This document shows positions 45,375-55,116 of a DNA stretch of 55,456 bases, in pieces. The DNA is taken from IMG/VR virus record IMGVR_UViG_3300011335_000256, positions 1-55,456 of that record; one strand, given 5' to 3'. The position numbers and the translations under genes were made by a program. Numbering within the stretch: the stretch's first letter is position 1; every line of letters starts with the position of its first letter. This stretch comes from a virus. Its lineage: Duplodnaviria > Caudoviricetes. Under the pieces are notes generated by a model that worked only from the letters and a program-made list of their open reading frames with translations, had not been told where the DNA came from and made no database searches.

Positions 45375-45379
45375 GAGAT

Positions 45380-45757
45380 GTGATGACAGGATTTGATTCA
45401 AAGCGCCAGATGGCGCAGGACAAACTGCAAGATGACGCCGACACGCTGTCGATTGTGTACCAGCGAGGATTTGCCGATGGCAAGAGAGCAGCACAGACAG
45501 AGCAGCAAGCCGAGCCGGTCAAGCCTGCAGGTCAATTGCAGGAGTGTATATACGGTCGTGGTCAAGTTTTGTGGTTTGCCAAGCCAGCAGACCGCTCAAT
45601 GCTCTACACCATCCCACCCGCAGCACAGCGCAAGCCGCTGACCGCAACCACAATCGGCAACATGATGCCAAGCACCATACCGATGGAACATGATGGCGCA
45701 TTGATGGAGTTTGCCCGTGCCATCGAAGCCGCCCACAACATCAAGGAGCAACCATGA
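45380..45757 (+). CDS. Modular accessory protein (MMTGF…FARAIEAAH)
   Basis: N-half matches the 11211 gene; different C-module after QQAEPV. Confidence 0.72.
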   Translation: MMTGFDSKRQMAQDKLQDDADTLSIVYQRGFADGKRAAQTEQQAEPVKPAGQLQECIYGRGQVLWFAKPADRSMLYTIPPAAQRKPLTATTIGNMMPSTIPMEHDGALMEFARAIEAAHNIKEQP

Positions 45758-46182
45758 CTGACCTAAGACAGGCCGCGCAGCAGGAGCCGGTGGCGTATGA
45801 CAAAACAGAAATTAACTGCTTTGTGCAAGATTTGTATGACCAAAAAATGCAGGAGGGAAAGCACGGTCATTACGAAACCATGTTCCATGTTGTGCATCAG
45901 GCAATCAAAAAAGTTGCCCCACCCGCAGCACAGCCAGAGCAGCAAGCCGAGCCGGTGGCGTGGATAACACCGGATGGAGAAGGATGGCGAATAAGGTTTT
46001 CGCCGCCAACAATCGGCGTGCCCCTTGGTTGGGATGCGCTATACACCGCCGCACCCGCAGCACAGCGCCCGTGGCAGGGGCTGACGGATGAAGATAGGCG
46101 TAAATTTGCGGCGGCTCAGTATGGCTGGGAAGATTTGCTTATTGCGGCAGAAGCCAAACTAAAGGAGCGCAATGGTTACTGA
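45754..46182 (+). CDS. Modular accessory protein (MTDLRQAAQQEPVA…)
   Basis: Matches the C-terminal two-thirds of the 11211 gene; AAGGAG RBS. Confidence 0.75.
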   Translation: MTDLRQAAQQEPVAYDKTEINCFVQDLYDQKMQEGKHGHYETMFHVVHQAIKKVAPPAAQPEQQAEPVAWITPDGEGWRIRFSPPTIGVPLGWDALYTAAPAAQRPWQGLTDEDRRKFAAAQYGWEDLLIAAEAKLKERNGY

Positions 46183-46417
46183 AGATGAAGAGTTTGAGCG
46201 TTTCAAGCATGAGCAGAAGTTCCGGCTGGACAGCACCTTCACGGCAGCAGTGGCACAAGACTACTTCTGGATGCCTATTGACGATCAGACACCGCAAGGT
46301 GTCAAGGTGCTGTTACTCGGGCGTTCTGGTGTTGCCACGATGGGGCACTACATTTACAAGGTGGGCGAGACGCAGTTCTGGCAGTATTGGGCACCCCTGC
46401 CGAGGAAGCGTCTATGA
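46172..46417 (+). CDS. DUF551-like protein (repeat copy)
   Basis: Identical to 11731-11976. Confidence 0.7.
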   Translation: MVTEDEEFERFKHEQKFRLDSTFTAAVAQDYFWMPIDDQTPQGVKVLLLGRSGVATMGHYIYKVGETQFWQYWAPLPRKRL

Positions 46418-46566
46418 GTACTAAGCGTGTAGGTGAGCCACTGTCTGTGGTGTACTCCATCAAGCTGACCCACAGCCAGCGTATTAAGTTGCTTCAGCTT
46501 GGTGGACCAAGGTGGTTGCGTGAGCAAATTGACAAGGCGCAGAATGATAAGACTAGAAAGCGATAA
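46414..46566 (+). CDS. Small RHH-like protein (repeat copy)
   Basis: Identical to 11973-12125. Confidence 0.55.
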   Translation: MSTKRVGEPLSVVYSIKLTHSQRIKLLQLGGPRWLREQIDKAQNDKTRKR

Positions 46567-46600
46567 CTATGTGGTTCGTGCCAGAGGATTGTCCGCATCC

Positions 46601-47824
46601 TTAGCGGTACAGCAAGCCACCCAGTTTCTTGCGCTCATCTTCATCTTGCATTTGCTGGTATTGCATCAGGTCAGGCGTAGCGTCTTGTTGTTGGGGTCTA
46701 GCAATCATCGGCTGTCCGTTGCGCTCCAGTATGGTCAGGCTCTTTTCTTCGCCAGGGAAGGTGACAAAGTTGCGGGTTCCTTTGCCAGCACCTCGGCTGG
46801 TAGCGTCTAGGTATTTGATGCCGGGGATGCCTGCTTGTCGAAATCCCTCACTCGCATAGTCAGCATTATTTCCCCTGTGATTTACATAAGATTTATATAA
46901 TTGCGCTCCTGTAGGATCGGCCTTGCGAATTTCAGGAAACGATTTGGCAGTAGCTTCAATTATTGGAGCAAGACTCAACCTTATTTCTACGCTTTGTTCA
47001 CTCAATGGCTTGTCCCAATCCAGCATCTTGGCTATTTGCTCGTCTGGCAGGTCTACTTTGTATAAGTTGCCAGTATTTTCTGGAAGACCAGCCTTTACTG
47101 CCTCTAAATCTTGAACATTTTTTTCTGAAATTTGCAACATACTTTTTGCTCGGCTCATTGCCCCGCCGCCGCCATCTGCGATAAGTTGTTTATAGCTTTC
47201 AACTCTGCGCTTGGCCTCTGCAAGCCCTTTATCTACGCCGCCATATTGATTAGCAAGATTTTTTGCTGACCCTGTACTTGACAATTTCTTTTGATACTCT
47301 ATTGCCGTTGCAGGCGCTTCAGCAGTGTATATCCCATGCCCATAAGCCTGCGCACCCTCGCCAGTGCCAATCTTGCTGGCATCAAAGCGGTCAAACTTGT
47401 GTGGACTGCCGTGGTAGACATCTAGTGGGCTGACCGTGCCTCTGCTCATCCCCTGCAGCATCTCAGCGCCCATGCCACCTCGCTCCATGATTTGAGGCAC
47501 TACACGTCCCGCCAAGCGTTCACCAGCTCGTCCTGCTGCCATAGCCGCAGCTTGAGCAGGTCGAGCCATTGGCAGCACTTGAGCCGCAGTTCCAACAGGA
47601 AACCCGATCTGAGCGCCTGACCTAACCCTGGCGGTGTTGGGGTCTAGGACGCTCCCAGCCATCTCGTCTGGTGCCATGCCCAACAGTCCACCAAGTGCGC
47701 CATACACCTCTGGATACTGCTGGCGTAGGTAGGGTTCTGCTGGACCTTGCAATTGCCTTGTATTTGCAAGCAAATTAGGCTTTCGCTGTTTCTTCAGAAA
47801 CTCCAAGTCTTCCAGCAGCCCCAT
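46601..47824 (-). CDS. ART-like ejected protein (repeat copy)
   Basis: Identical to 12160-13383. Confidence 0.65.
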   Translation of the reverse strand: MGLLEDLEFLKKQRKPNLLANTRQLQGPAEPYLRQQYPEVYGALGGLLGMAPDEMAGSVLDPNTARVRSGAQIGFPVGTAAQVLPMARPAQAAAMAAGRAGERLAGRVVPQIMERGGMGAEMLQGMSRGTVSPLDVYHGSPHKFDRFDASKIGTGEGAQAYGHGIYTAEAPATAIEYQKKLSSTGSAKNLANQYGGVDKGLAEAKRRVESYKQLIADGGGGAMSRAKSMLQISEKNVQDLEAVKAGLPENTGNLYKVDLPDEQIAKMLDWDKPLSEQSVEIRLSLAPIIEATAKSFPEIRKADPTGAQLYKSYVNHRGNNADYASEGFRQAGIPGIKYLDATSRGAGKGTRNFVTFPGEEKSLTILERNGQPMIARPQQQDATPDLMQYQQMQDEDERKKLGGLLYR

Positions 47825-47832
47825 GATGTCTC

Positions 47833-48147
47833 CTAGCTGATCTGCGTGATTGACACATCGGTGGCAGTAGCGCCACGAATCACAGCCACCTTGTCGCCCG
47901 GTGAGCAAGCCACATACTCAATGGAACTTGCTGGTAGCATGGGTGAGGTGGTCAGGCTGGCTGTTGGGCTGGCTCCAATGGCAAAGTGGCAATGCGCCCC
48001 TCCACCGTTTGCCAGCCGCAGCATGGTGACGCCAGCCCCCACTGCCGTGGACTGTACGCTGCTGGCTGTGACCGTCATCACCTGGGTGGTGCCAAGCGCA
48101 CCAAAGGTAGTCAGTTGCCCGTTGTCGTCCCGAAATAGCTTGCTCAT
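47833..48147 (-). CDS. Small hypothetical protein (repeat copy)
   Basis: Identical to 13392-13706. Confidence 0.7.
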   Translation of the reverse strand: MSKLFRDDNGQLTTFGALGTTQVMTVTASSVQSTAVGAGVTMLRLANGGGAHCHFAIGASPTASLTTSPMLPASSIEYVACSPGDKVAVIRGATATDVSITQIS

Positions 48148-48177
48148 TGTGATGCTCCTGTGAAGATGTTGATAATA

Positions 48178-50268
48178 TTATGGTGCAAAATAACTGGGGG
48201 CCATGCCACCTATCTGACCCGCACCAAAGCCTGCAGCACCCGCCGCCCTTGCCCTTGATGCGTTCAGTTGTCTGATGATTTCAGAAAGCTGCTGTAGTTG
48301 CCTGGGGTCACGCGAAAGCAAAATCTTTCCAATTTCATTGCGAACAGCTTCAGGCGTTTGCGTCTGTCGAGCCAGGTTACTTGCTGCAGTCAATATTGCA
48401 GTTGGACTTCCAGATGCCACTGAGCCTGCTGCCTGTGCCAGTGGTGCGACATCCAGGTCTGCACCGCCAGCAAGCATTGCAGCCGTTTTAGAACCGCGAC
48501 CAGCAGACTCAAATCGTTTGAGAGCTTCTTCAGCCAAAACAGAGGAAGAGAATGCTTTGAAGTCTCCTCCAAATGCAGCCCTTAATCTAGCCTGTGTGCT
48601 TGGCTCTTTGTAAAACTTCAGCAGTGATGTCTGTCCAGCCTCAGTGCCAGTTTTCTCTCTCAGTCCCTGCAGCACACCAATTCGGAATGCGTCAATCTCA
48701 GAGGAAGATAAATTCTTGGTGGCCTGCTGTATGTCAAGAATATCTCCCTTCATTACCTTGCGACCAATCTCAGCAGCATCCATCATCTGTGATGGACCAG
48801 CCCATGTTTTCATTGCCATTGTGTAGGCAGATTGACCACCAATCTTTGGCGCCTGGTCTTCCAATTGCTTGACAAGTTGTATCCGCACCTTGTCATACGC
48901 TTCAGCCTGGGCATTGCTGCCAGCTCTACGCAGTTCCGTAGATGTGTCATAAAGAGATTGCTTCAACGAATCCAGGACATTCATTGGCACCGAGTCACCA
49001 GGCTTGAGCTTTGACAAGTCAATCACCTGACCCGTCTTTGTTCTGAACAGCAGTTCAGCAGAACCTTGCACACCCTTTGATTTGCTCAAGGCATCAAAGA
49101 TGGAATTATTCACCGTTGCTGTAGATTGATCAATTGCAGCATAGTATGGGCGTGATGCGGCAAATCTCTGGTTGCTAAAGTTGTCAATGCTCTGCGTAAA
49201 CTGTGCGTTTTGAGTGCCAAGTGCCTCATCAGCACCAGCCATCAGTCTCCCAGCGCGGCCTACTTGGCGCTCCCGAATGGCACGTTCCACAGCCTCTGCC
49301 GTGGTGCCAGGCAATGTGGCCTGCACATCCAGCAGGTTGCGTGTGGACTTGCCACCAACGTCAGCAATACGCGCCTCTGGGCCAAGTTTCAAGAGTCTGG
49401 CCTGCGCCATGTTCAGTGCGCTTGGGGCTAAATTCTCTGGTTTATCACGAATTAAAGCCTCGGCAACTTTTTGCTGGGCGTAGGTTCCAGCGGCTGTGGG
49501 GGACATTCTTGCTGTGGCTTGTCTGCCAGCAGCACCTAAAACGCTCATGGTGGGCTGTGATACACCGCCAAGAGTGCCACCAATCAGTGAACTTCTGGCT
49601 GCATCGTTGAGTATGTCTATTGCATCACTCTCATTGGATGCCCCTAAACCGCTAATAAACCCGTAGCCAGCACCAGAGCCAGCAGCTTGAGCTGTGCGCT
49701 GACCTAAACCCATTGCCGTACCAGCACCAGGCGCTGCTGTCATGTATCTGCCTGCGGCCTGGATAGCTGGTGCTACGGTTGGTAATGCACGGGTGATGGC
49801 TGGCATAACTGCCCTGCCAATGGCGGCTGGTGCGCTGATCATTCCCATAGGCAAACTGGTTGCGAGTTGCAGGCCAGCAGCAGTGAATGGCAATTCTTGT
49901 TCAAACGATTCTGTTTGACCTCGAACAACATCCCGTCCTTGCTCATACGCCTGACCCATCGGGATGCCTTGCTGTACCGCTGTGAATGGTGCGCTGACTG
50001 CGCCATACAGCTCGTCAGCAAACCCAAAGGTTGGCCCTTGCAGTGCAGTTAAGGCACCGCGCTGCAACGTAGATTTCTCTGTGCCTGCTCGGTAAGCAGG
50101 AGACTGCCCCAGGAACTTTAGAATTTCGGCTGGCTTGTATTGCTGCTCCAATGCAGCCAAGACTTGAGGCCCAACGTCTGGAAGCTGCGCCAAAAACTGG
50201 ACGATATCCTCGTCCCTATAACCAGCTTTTTTGGCCTGTTTGATTTTGTCTTCAATGCCATCCATCAT
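48178..50268 (-). CDS. Internal virion protein (repeat copy)
   Basis: Identical to 13737-15827. Confidence 0.7.
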   Translation of the reverse strand: MMDGIEDKIKQAKKAGYRDEDIVQFLAQLPDVGPQVLAALEQQYKPAEILKFLGQSPAYRAGTEKSTLQRGALTALQGPTFGFADELYGAVSAPFTAVQQGIPMGQAYEQGRDVVRGQTESFEQELPFTAAGLQLATSLPMGMISAPAAIGRAVMPAITRALPTVAPAIQAAGRYMTAAPGAGTAMGLGQRTAQAAGSGAGYGFISGLGASNESDAIDILNDAARSSLIGGTLGGVSQPTMSVLGAAGRQATARMSPTAAGTYAQQKVAEALIRDKPENLAPSALNMAQARLLKLGPEARIADVGGKSTRNLLDVQATLPGTTAEAVERAIRERQVGRAGRLMAGADEALGTQNAQFTQSIDNFSNQRFAASRPYYAAIDQSTATVNNSIFDALSKSKGVQGSAELLFRTKTGQVIDLSKLKPGDSVPMNVLDSLKQSLYDTSTELRRAGSNAQAEAYDKVRIQLVKQLEDQAPKIGGQSAYTMAMKTWAGPSQMMDAAEIGRKVMKGDILDIQQATKNLSSSEIDAFRIGVLQGLREKTGTEAGQTSLLKFYKEPSTQARLRAAFGGDFKAFSSSVLAEEALKRFESAGRGSKTAAMLAGGADLDVAPLAQAAGSVASGSPTAILTAASNLARQTQTPEAVRNEIGKILLSRDPRQLQQLSEIIRQLNASRARAAGAAGFGAGQIGGMAPSYFAP

Positions 50269-51458
50269 TATCTCCCTGGTATGCCAAAGATGTTATTTAA
50301 AGTTGGTCTACCACCACCTGGTGCCGTAACAGAACCACCTGGTTGCCTCACTATAGATGGCACATTAGCTGGTGCGCCAAGAGAAGTGTTTAGGTTCGGA
50401 AGTTGATATGCGTTGCCAAATGCCTCGTACTCACTTCGCTTTTGGTTATAGGCTTGACCTGCTGCTGCATACAGCTCATTTGACAAAGCCTTGAAATCTT
50501 GCCGCTGTGTTGGTGTCAACTTCTGACCCGTCATAAAATTATTGAAATAATTCTGTAGACGGTCCATACGCCCACCAGCAGCCATTGCAATGCCAAGTTC
50601 AGATTCCCTTACAACTGAGCCTGGGTCCAGCAATTTCATTACCTTGGTAGCACCAGCAACATCACCAATTGGAGTGCCTGCATCAAGTGATGAAATCACC
50701 TGACCGTATGCTGTTTTCATGTCATTGAAATCTTTGTAGATAGGCTCACCCTTAAAGGCGGCACCTATCTTCATTGCATTCTCAAGCCCCCTTTGTCCTT
50801 CGTTTATGTTGACAATATTTTGTGCAGGCGGTGGGTTGTTAATTTCTTTTTGTATCCTAGCTTTAATTTGGCTTCTTATTTCTGGATCAGTTGCCCCGGC
50901 TAAATCAGCTTGAAGTTGCGATAGTAGAGTTCCTGCCCTTGGAGCAAATTGTGGATCAAGTTTTAGGGCCAGGTCTTCTAACTTCATGGCCTGCTCAGTT
51001 TGACCAGCCATATTCAGCATTTGTGCTGCTTGGCGGTATTGGTCAGCTTTAGCAGCATTGGGATTTATTGGCCTTGCGGCAGCTTGCGCTGGTGGCATTT
51101 CTGCACCAGCAGTTGGCATTGCTGCTTGAGGTGCAAATACACCTGAAATCATTTTTCTCAACTCTGCTGCCTTCTTCGCCTCATCCAACTTCTGCTTCAG
51201 CGACATCTGGGTCAAGGCACCCGTCTGCGCTTTCTCGTACCCGGCTTGGCCTGCCTCAAACGCACCACCTAGAGCCTCGCCAATGCCAATGCGCCTGGTG
51301 CTTTCGCCGCCAGCCTTGAGCAGTGCTGCTGACGCTGCCAGCATTGCATTGCGCTGCATAGCAGCCCTTTGCTCTGGCGTCAGGTACTCGTCTAGGTAGT
51401 TACCGCCACCACCGCCAAAGGCGCTGCCCAGCAGTCCCTCTAAATTAAAGTCAGCCAT
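50268..51458 (-). CDS. Internal virion protein (repeat copy)
   Basis: Identical to 15827-17017. Confidence 0.7.
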   Translation of the reverse strand: MADFNLEGLLGSAFGGGGGNYLDEYLTPEQRAAMQRNAMLAASAALLKAGGESTRRIGIGEALGGAFEAGQAGYEKAQTGALTQMSLKQKLDEAKKAAELRKMISGVFAPQAAMPTAGAEMPPAQAAARPINPNAAKADQYRQAAQMLNMAGQTEQAMKLEDLALKLDPQFAPRAGTLLSQLQADLAGATDPEIRSQIKARIQKEINNPPPAQNIVNINEGQRGLENAMKIGAAFKGEPIYKDFNDMKTAYGQVISSLDAGTPIGDVAGATKVMKLLDPGSVVRESELGIAMAAGGRMDRLQNYFNNFMTGQKLTPTQRQDFKALSNELYAAAGQAYNQKRSEYEAFGNAYQLPNLNTSLGAPANVPSIVRQPGGSVTAPGGGRPTLNNIFGIPGR

Positions 51459-51467
51459 GTCTATCTC

Positions 51468-52643
51468 CTATCCCAACAGTCCAAGAAGACCACCAATTGC
51501 AGCGCCAGCAGGACCACCAATTGCAGTCATGCCTGGTAAAGCACCAAGCGTATAACCGTATCCAGCACCACCCAGTGCGCTGGACAATGCATTCCTGGTG
51601 GTCGGTGTTGTTTGGCTACCGCCAGCATTAGGCAAAGCAGTGGACATTGCCTGCTGAGTAATGCCCAGCTTCTCTAATCCAATACCGCGCAGTGCATCCA
51701 ACTGCTGCTGGGTCATTTGTTGTTGCGCTGACCCTACGCCCATGACAGCCTGTGCGCCACCAAGACCAAGGTTCTGCTGCTGCGCTCCGAGCGCGCCTAA
51801 CTGTCCAGCCGCACCAAGACGCTGTGCATTGGCGGCAGCGTAAGCCTGTTGGTTAGCCAGGTCAGACTGCTGGGCCAACTGAGCGTTGAACTGAGCCATT
51901 GCATTCTGAGCTGCTGCGTTGCCGCCCATCGCAGCGTTGATAGCACCAGCACCATACTGAGCCGCACCAGTACCTTGTGCTGCTGTTTGGAGGTTAGCCT
52001 GCTGCTGTCGTGCCAGGTCTTGCTGCATCAGGTTGGCGCTGGTGTCAAACCCTTGCTGGCGTAGCTGTGCGGACATCTGAGCCGCCTTGTCAGCGTATGC
52101 CCTGTTGGTAGCTGCTTCCGCAACTCCTTGGCGTGTGCCGCCGTAGGCTTTAGCCCTAGTCGCAGCCTCACCCATCTGTTGTACGGCTGCTTGCCGTGCA
52201 GCCTCAATGTCTCCCAGCACACCAGTAGATATCTTGGTGGCAGGGTTGTAGCCACCAATGACTGATTCTGTGTATGGGTTCATGTACTGCCCGATATTGC
52301 TCATGTTGCTCTGAGCAGCAGTGACATCAGTTGGTGTGTAGCCAACAGCACCAATCTGGTTGGACAGACCAGCGTTGACGCCGCCTGTGTAGTAAGGTTT
52401 GAACTGAGCCGCCTGGTTGGCGTACTCGGCTGCAAGGTTGGTGGTTCCAAGACCTTGACCCGCCAAGCCAGTGTTCACCATCTGCTGCTCACCAGCTCGG
52501 TAGATGGGGTTGAAGTCAGCAAACTCCCTGACGGGTAACGCCGAGGCTACGCCCTGCGCCTGCTGCAAGTTCTGCAGGTAGGCAGCTTTAATTGTGGGGT
52601 CAATTTGTGTGGTGACTGTCTGGCTCCCGCCGCTTTTGCTCAT
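51468..52643 (-). CDS. Internal virion/pilot-like protein (repeat copy)
   Basis: Identical to 17027-18202. Confidence 0.7.
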   Translation of the reverse strand: MSKSGGSQTVTTQIDPTIKAAYLQNLQQAQGVASALPVREFADFNPIYRAGEQQMVNTGLAGQGLGTTNLAAEYANQAAQFKPYYTGGVNAGLSNQIGAVGYTPTDVTAAQSNMSNIGQYMNPYTESVIGGYNPATKISTGVLGDIEAARQAAVQQMGEAATRAKAYGGTRQGVAEAATNRAYADKAAQMSAQLRQQGFDTSANLMQQDLARQQQANLQTAAQGTGAAQYGAGAINAAMGGNAAAQNAMAQFNAQLAQQSDLANQQAYAAANAQRLGAAGQLGALGAQQQNLGLGGAQAVMGVGSAQQQMTQQQLDALRGIGLEKLGITQQAMSTALPNAGGSQTTPTTRNALSSALGGAGYGYTLGALPGMTAIGGPAGAAIGGLLGLLG

Positions 52644-52647
52644 GGTG

Positions 52648-54546
52648 TTACTCCAACAGAGATTTCAAACGCTTGGCTGGAATCTTGCCTGCGTTAATTT
52701 GTTCGAAAATGTTCGCGCCGTATTTTTGCACGGCCTTCTTGCGGATGACGTACTCGCCAATGTCCAAGCCAGTGTAGCCATCGTCTGGTCCTGGCGGGTT
52801 GCGTCCCTTAACTTGGCGAGGTGTAACCATGCCGCCTTTTGCCATGTAGCCGCTGCCGCTACCACCGTAGTTACCACCGTAGTTACCGCTTTCGGCACCA
52901 GCGGACCCCCCAATAGGATCGCTAGGATTTGGATCGCCTTGATCTACAGTTCCATATCCTGGGCGTCCTTGGAATGCGGCTTCTGCTTCTGAAAGATTAC
53001 TTGTATTAACGCCAGCCGCATCAGCAGCCTGTGCAGCAGCAGTCAGGTCAGCAACAGACAAGTTTCCACCAAGAATGTCAGCTTCAGTCAAACTACCAAG
53101 TAGATTTCCGACACCTGTTGCTAGCGTTTGACCCAAGCCGTCAAACCCAAGATTGGATAGGGCTGCTGACAAAGCTGCTTGGTTGTTAATCCCCGCCATA
53201 CCAGTGCCAGTTGACATATCAGCACTACCCGGTTGCTCCACAGTGGTTAACAGGCCACCTCCTGTTGTTGCCCTTGTCGTTGTCGCTGCCGGGTTGTAAA
53301 CGGCTGGGTTGAAGCCACCAAGGTTGGTGTTGGCTGTTGTCAGTCCAGCTTGTGCTGCATACGCTGGTGACAGTGTGCGTTGAGGCGTCAGCGCCATCAA
53401 GGACTGGTACGGGTTAGCCGACTGAGATGCAGCGTTGATTTGCGCCAGCGTAGGCGCGTTCTGCTGCATAGTCGATGGCGTGTAAATGTTGCGGAAAGGC
53501 GTATTCGTAATGGCTGTGTTGGTTACCCGCGCTGGCGCAAGCTGGGTGCCTGTCACTTGCCTTGGTGTTGTTGGCCTGGTGATGGGCTGGACAGTACCAG
53601 TGGTGGTTGTACCTGTCGTAGTGCCAGCAGTAGTGCCTGTACCTGTCGTAGTGCCAGCAGTAGTGCCTGTACCTGTCGTAGTGCCAGCGTTTCTGGCTGC
53701 ATTGGCGTTGATTTCTTGCGTTGCCATCCCACGAAAAATGCCGAGTTCAGAGGCGTCAACTTCAGTGCCAAAACGGTCAGCAAAGTATTGAAGCCCCGAT
53801 GCGTCAGGTTCACGCCCCAAGACTGACAGGTACATCTGCCGAATAGCATCATTCGTTGTTGGCGCAGCAGCTCGTTCAGGTTGAGCCGCCACACTGAAGG
53901 TGGATAGCTCAGTAGGGTCAACGTCAGACCCAAACTGAGATGTCCAGTAAGCAATTTCAGAGGCAGATGGCGCTCGTCCCAAGACCCGTTGGTAGGCGTC
54001 TGCAATGGACATCCCAGTAGCAGCAGTTGTAGTGGCTCCAGTTCCAGCAGCAGTTGTAGTGGCTCCAGTTCCAGCAGCTGCTGTATTGGCACGATTAGCA
54101 AAGTAAGCATCATCTAGAACGGTTGCCCCTCTACCTAGTGGTAGATTGCCATAATCAGTTGCAATAGTGTTAGCTGCTGCTGCCGCCTGTTGTGCGGCTA
54201 ATTGTTGTGCGGCATTCCTAGCGGCATTGGCAGCAACTTCTTCAGCCGCCATGCTCTGGAAAATACCCAACTCAGTGGGGTCAATAGACGTACCGAAACG
54301 CTCCGCAAAGTATTGCAAGCCAGAGGCGTCAGGCGCTCTGCCCAGAACTTGCTGGTACATATCCCGCACGGCTGTATTCGTTGGCGCTGCCGCTGCGAGT
54401 TCAGGTTGAGCCGCTACGCTGAAGGTTGACAGTTCAACAGGGTCCACGCTGTTACCAAACGTAGACTGCCAATAGGCAACTTCATCTGCACTTGGTGTGC
54501 GGCCTAAGACTCGCTCGTAGGCGCTCTGGATTGACATATCAGCCAT
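52648..54546 (-). CDS. DUF4214-like repeat protein (repeat copy)
   Basis: Identical to 18207-20105. Confidence 0.65.
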   Translation of the reverse strand: MADMSIQSAYERVLGRTPSADEVAYWQSTFGNSVDPVELSTFSVAAQPELAAAAPTNTAVRDMYQQVLGRAPDASGLQYFAERFGTSIDPTELGIFQSMAAEEVAANAARNAAQQLAAQQAAAAANTIATDYGNLPLGRGATVLDDAYFANRANTAAAGTGATTTAAGTGATTTAATGMSIADAYQRVLGRAPSASEIAYWTSQFGSDVDPTELSTFSVAAQPERAAAPTTNDAIRQMYLSVLGREPDASGLQYFADRFGTEVDASELGIFRGMATQEINANAARNAGTTTGTGTTAGTTTGTGTTAGTTTGTTTTGTVQPITRPTTPRQVTGTQLAPARVTNTAITNTPFRNIYTPSTMQQNAPTLAQINAASQSANPYQSLMALTPQRTLSPAYAAQAGLTTANTNLGGFNPAVYNPAATTTRATTGGGLLTTVEQPGSADMSTGTGMAGINNQAALSAALSNLGFDGLGQTLATGVGNLLGSLTEADILGGNLSVADLTAAAQAADAAGVNTSNLSEAEAAFQGRPGYGTVDQGDPNPSDPIGGSAGAESGNYGGNYGGSGSGYMAKGGMVTPRQVKGRNPPGPDDGYTGLDIGEYVIRKKAVQKYGANIFEQINAGKIPAKRLKSLLE

Positions 54547-54547
54547 G

Positions 54548-54907
54548 CTATAACTCCTTGCTCATAATCCACCACTGTGGTGTGTAACCTGTCTTCGCCA
54601 GAAAAGTCTTCTGCCATCCCTTACGTCCAGCTAAAGTGACGCGAGTGCATCCAAGGCTCTTACCCCAAGCCTCGATCATTGGTGACATCAGTTCTAGTTC
54701 TTCCATCACGCCTGCTGCTAGAAAATAGTTTAGGCATTTTTGCTGTGGGTGGAGAACAATCTCCGTAACCACCACCGAATTCCGTCCAGGCCAGAATTGC
54801 ATCTTGGCTTGCTGGACCAGCTCAACGACATCCTCAAATGTGTGAGTGTTCAACGAATATTTTAAGGCTTTTTCAATCTCTGGCCTCAATCTCTCAATAT
54901 CTGTCAT
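54548..54907 (-). CDS. GNAT-like protein (repeat copy)
   Basis: Identical to 20107-20466. Confidence 0.55.
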   Translation of the reverse strand: MTDIERLRPEIEKALKYSLNTHTFEDVVELVQQAKMQFWPGRNSVVVTEIVLHPQQKCLNYFLAAGVMEELELMSPMIEAWGKSLGCTRVTLAGRKGWQKTFLAKTGYTPQWWIMSKEL

Positions 54908-55116
54908 AGTGCCGTTGCCGATAACGCTCCTGCATTACTCACCACCACACTGTATCTAGTCCCATTTGGTGATGTCAATATCAGCTTACTGCTGCTAATC
55001 TCAACGTCAGCGTTAGTCTTCCTGTTCAATCGGTCAGCGTTCTCCAGCAAGAAGTTACGCTGCGCCTCCATCACTGGCGTATAGACTTGAGGTGGGTGCG
55101 GTACGTTGAGAGACAT
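54904..55116 (-). CDS. Small tail-associated protein (repeat copy)
   Basis: Identical to 20463-20675. Confidence 0.65.
   Translation of the reverse strand: MSLNVPHPPQVYTPVMEAQRNFLLENADRLNRKTNADVEISSSKLILTSPNGTRYSVVVSNAGALSATAL

Larger units (their letters stand above)
11440..45880. mobile_element. One complete unit (34,441 bp) of a podovirus-like phage genome
   Basis: Full set of packaging, head, tail, lysis, replication and early genes between repeat starts. Confidence 0.9.

Noticed and set aside
11440-45880. Phage B as a prophage or satellite integrated in phage A
   Set aside because: No integrase or att core; B encodes its own full virion set; the sequence after one unit continues as B instead of returning to A
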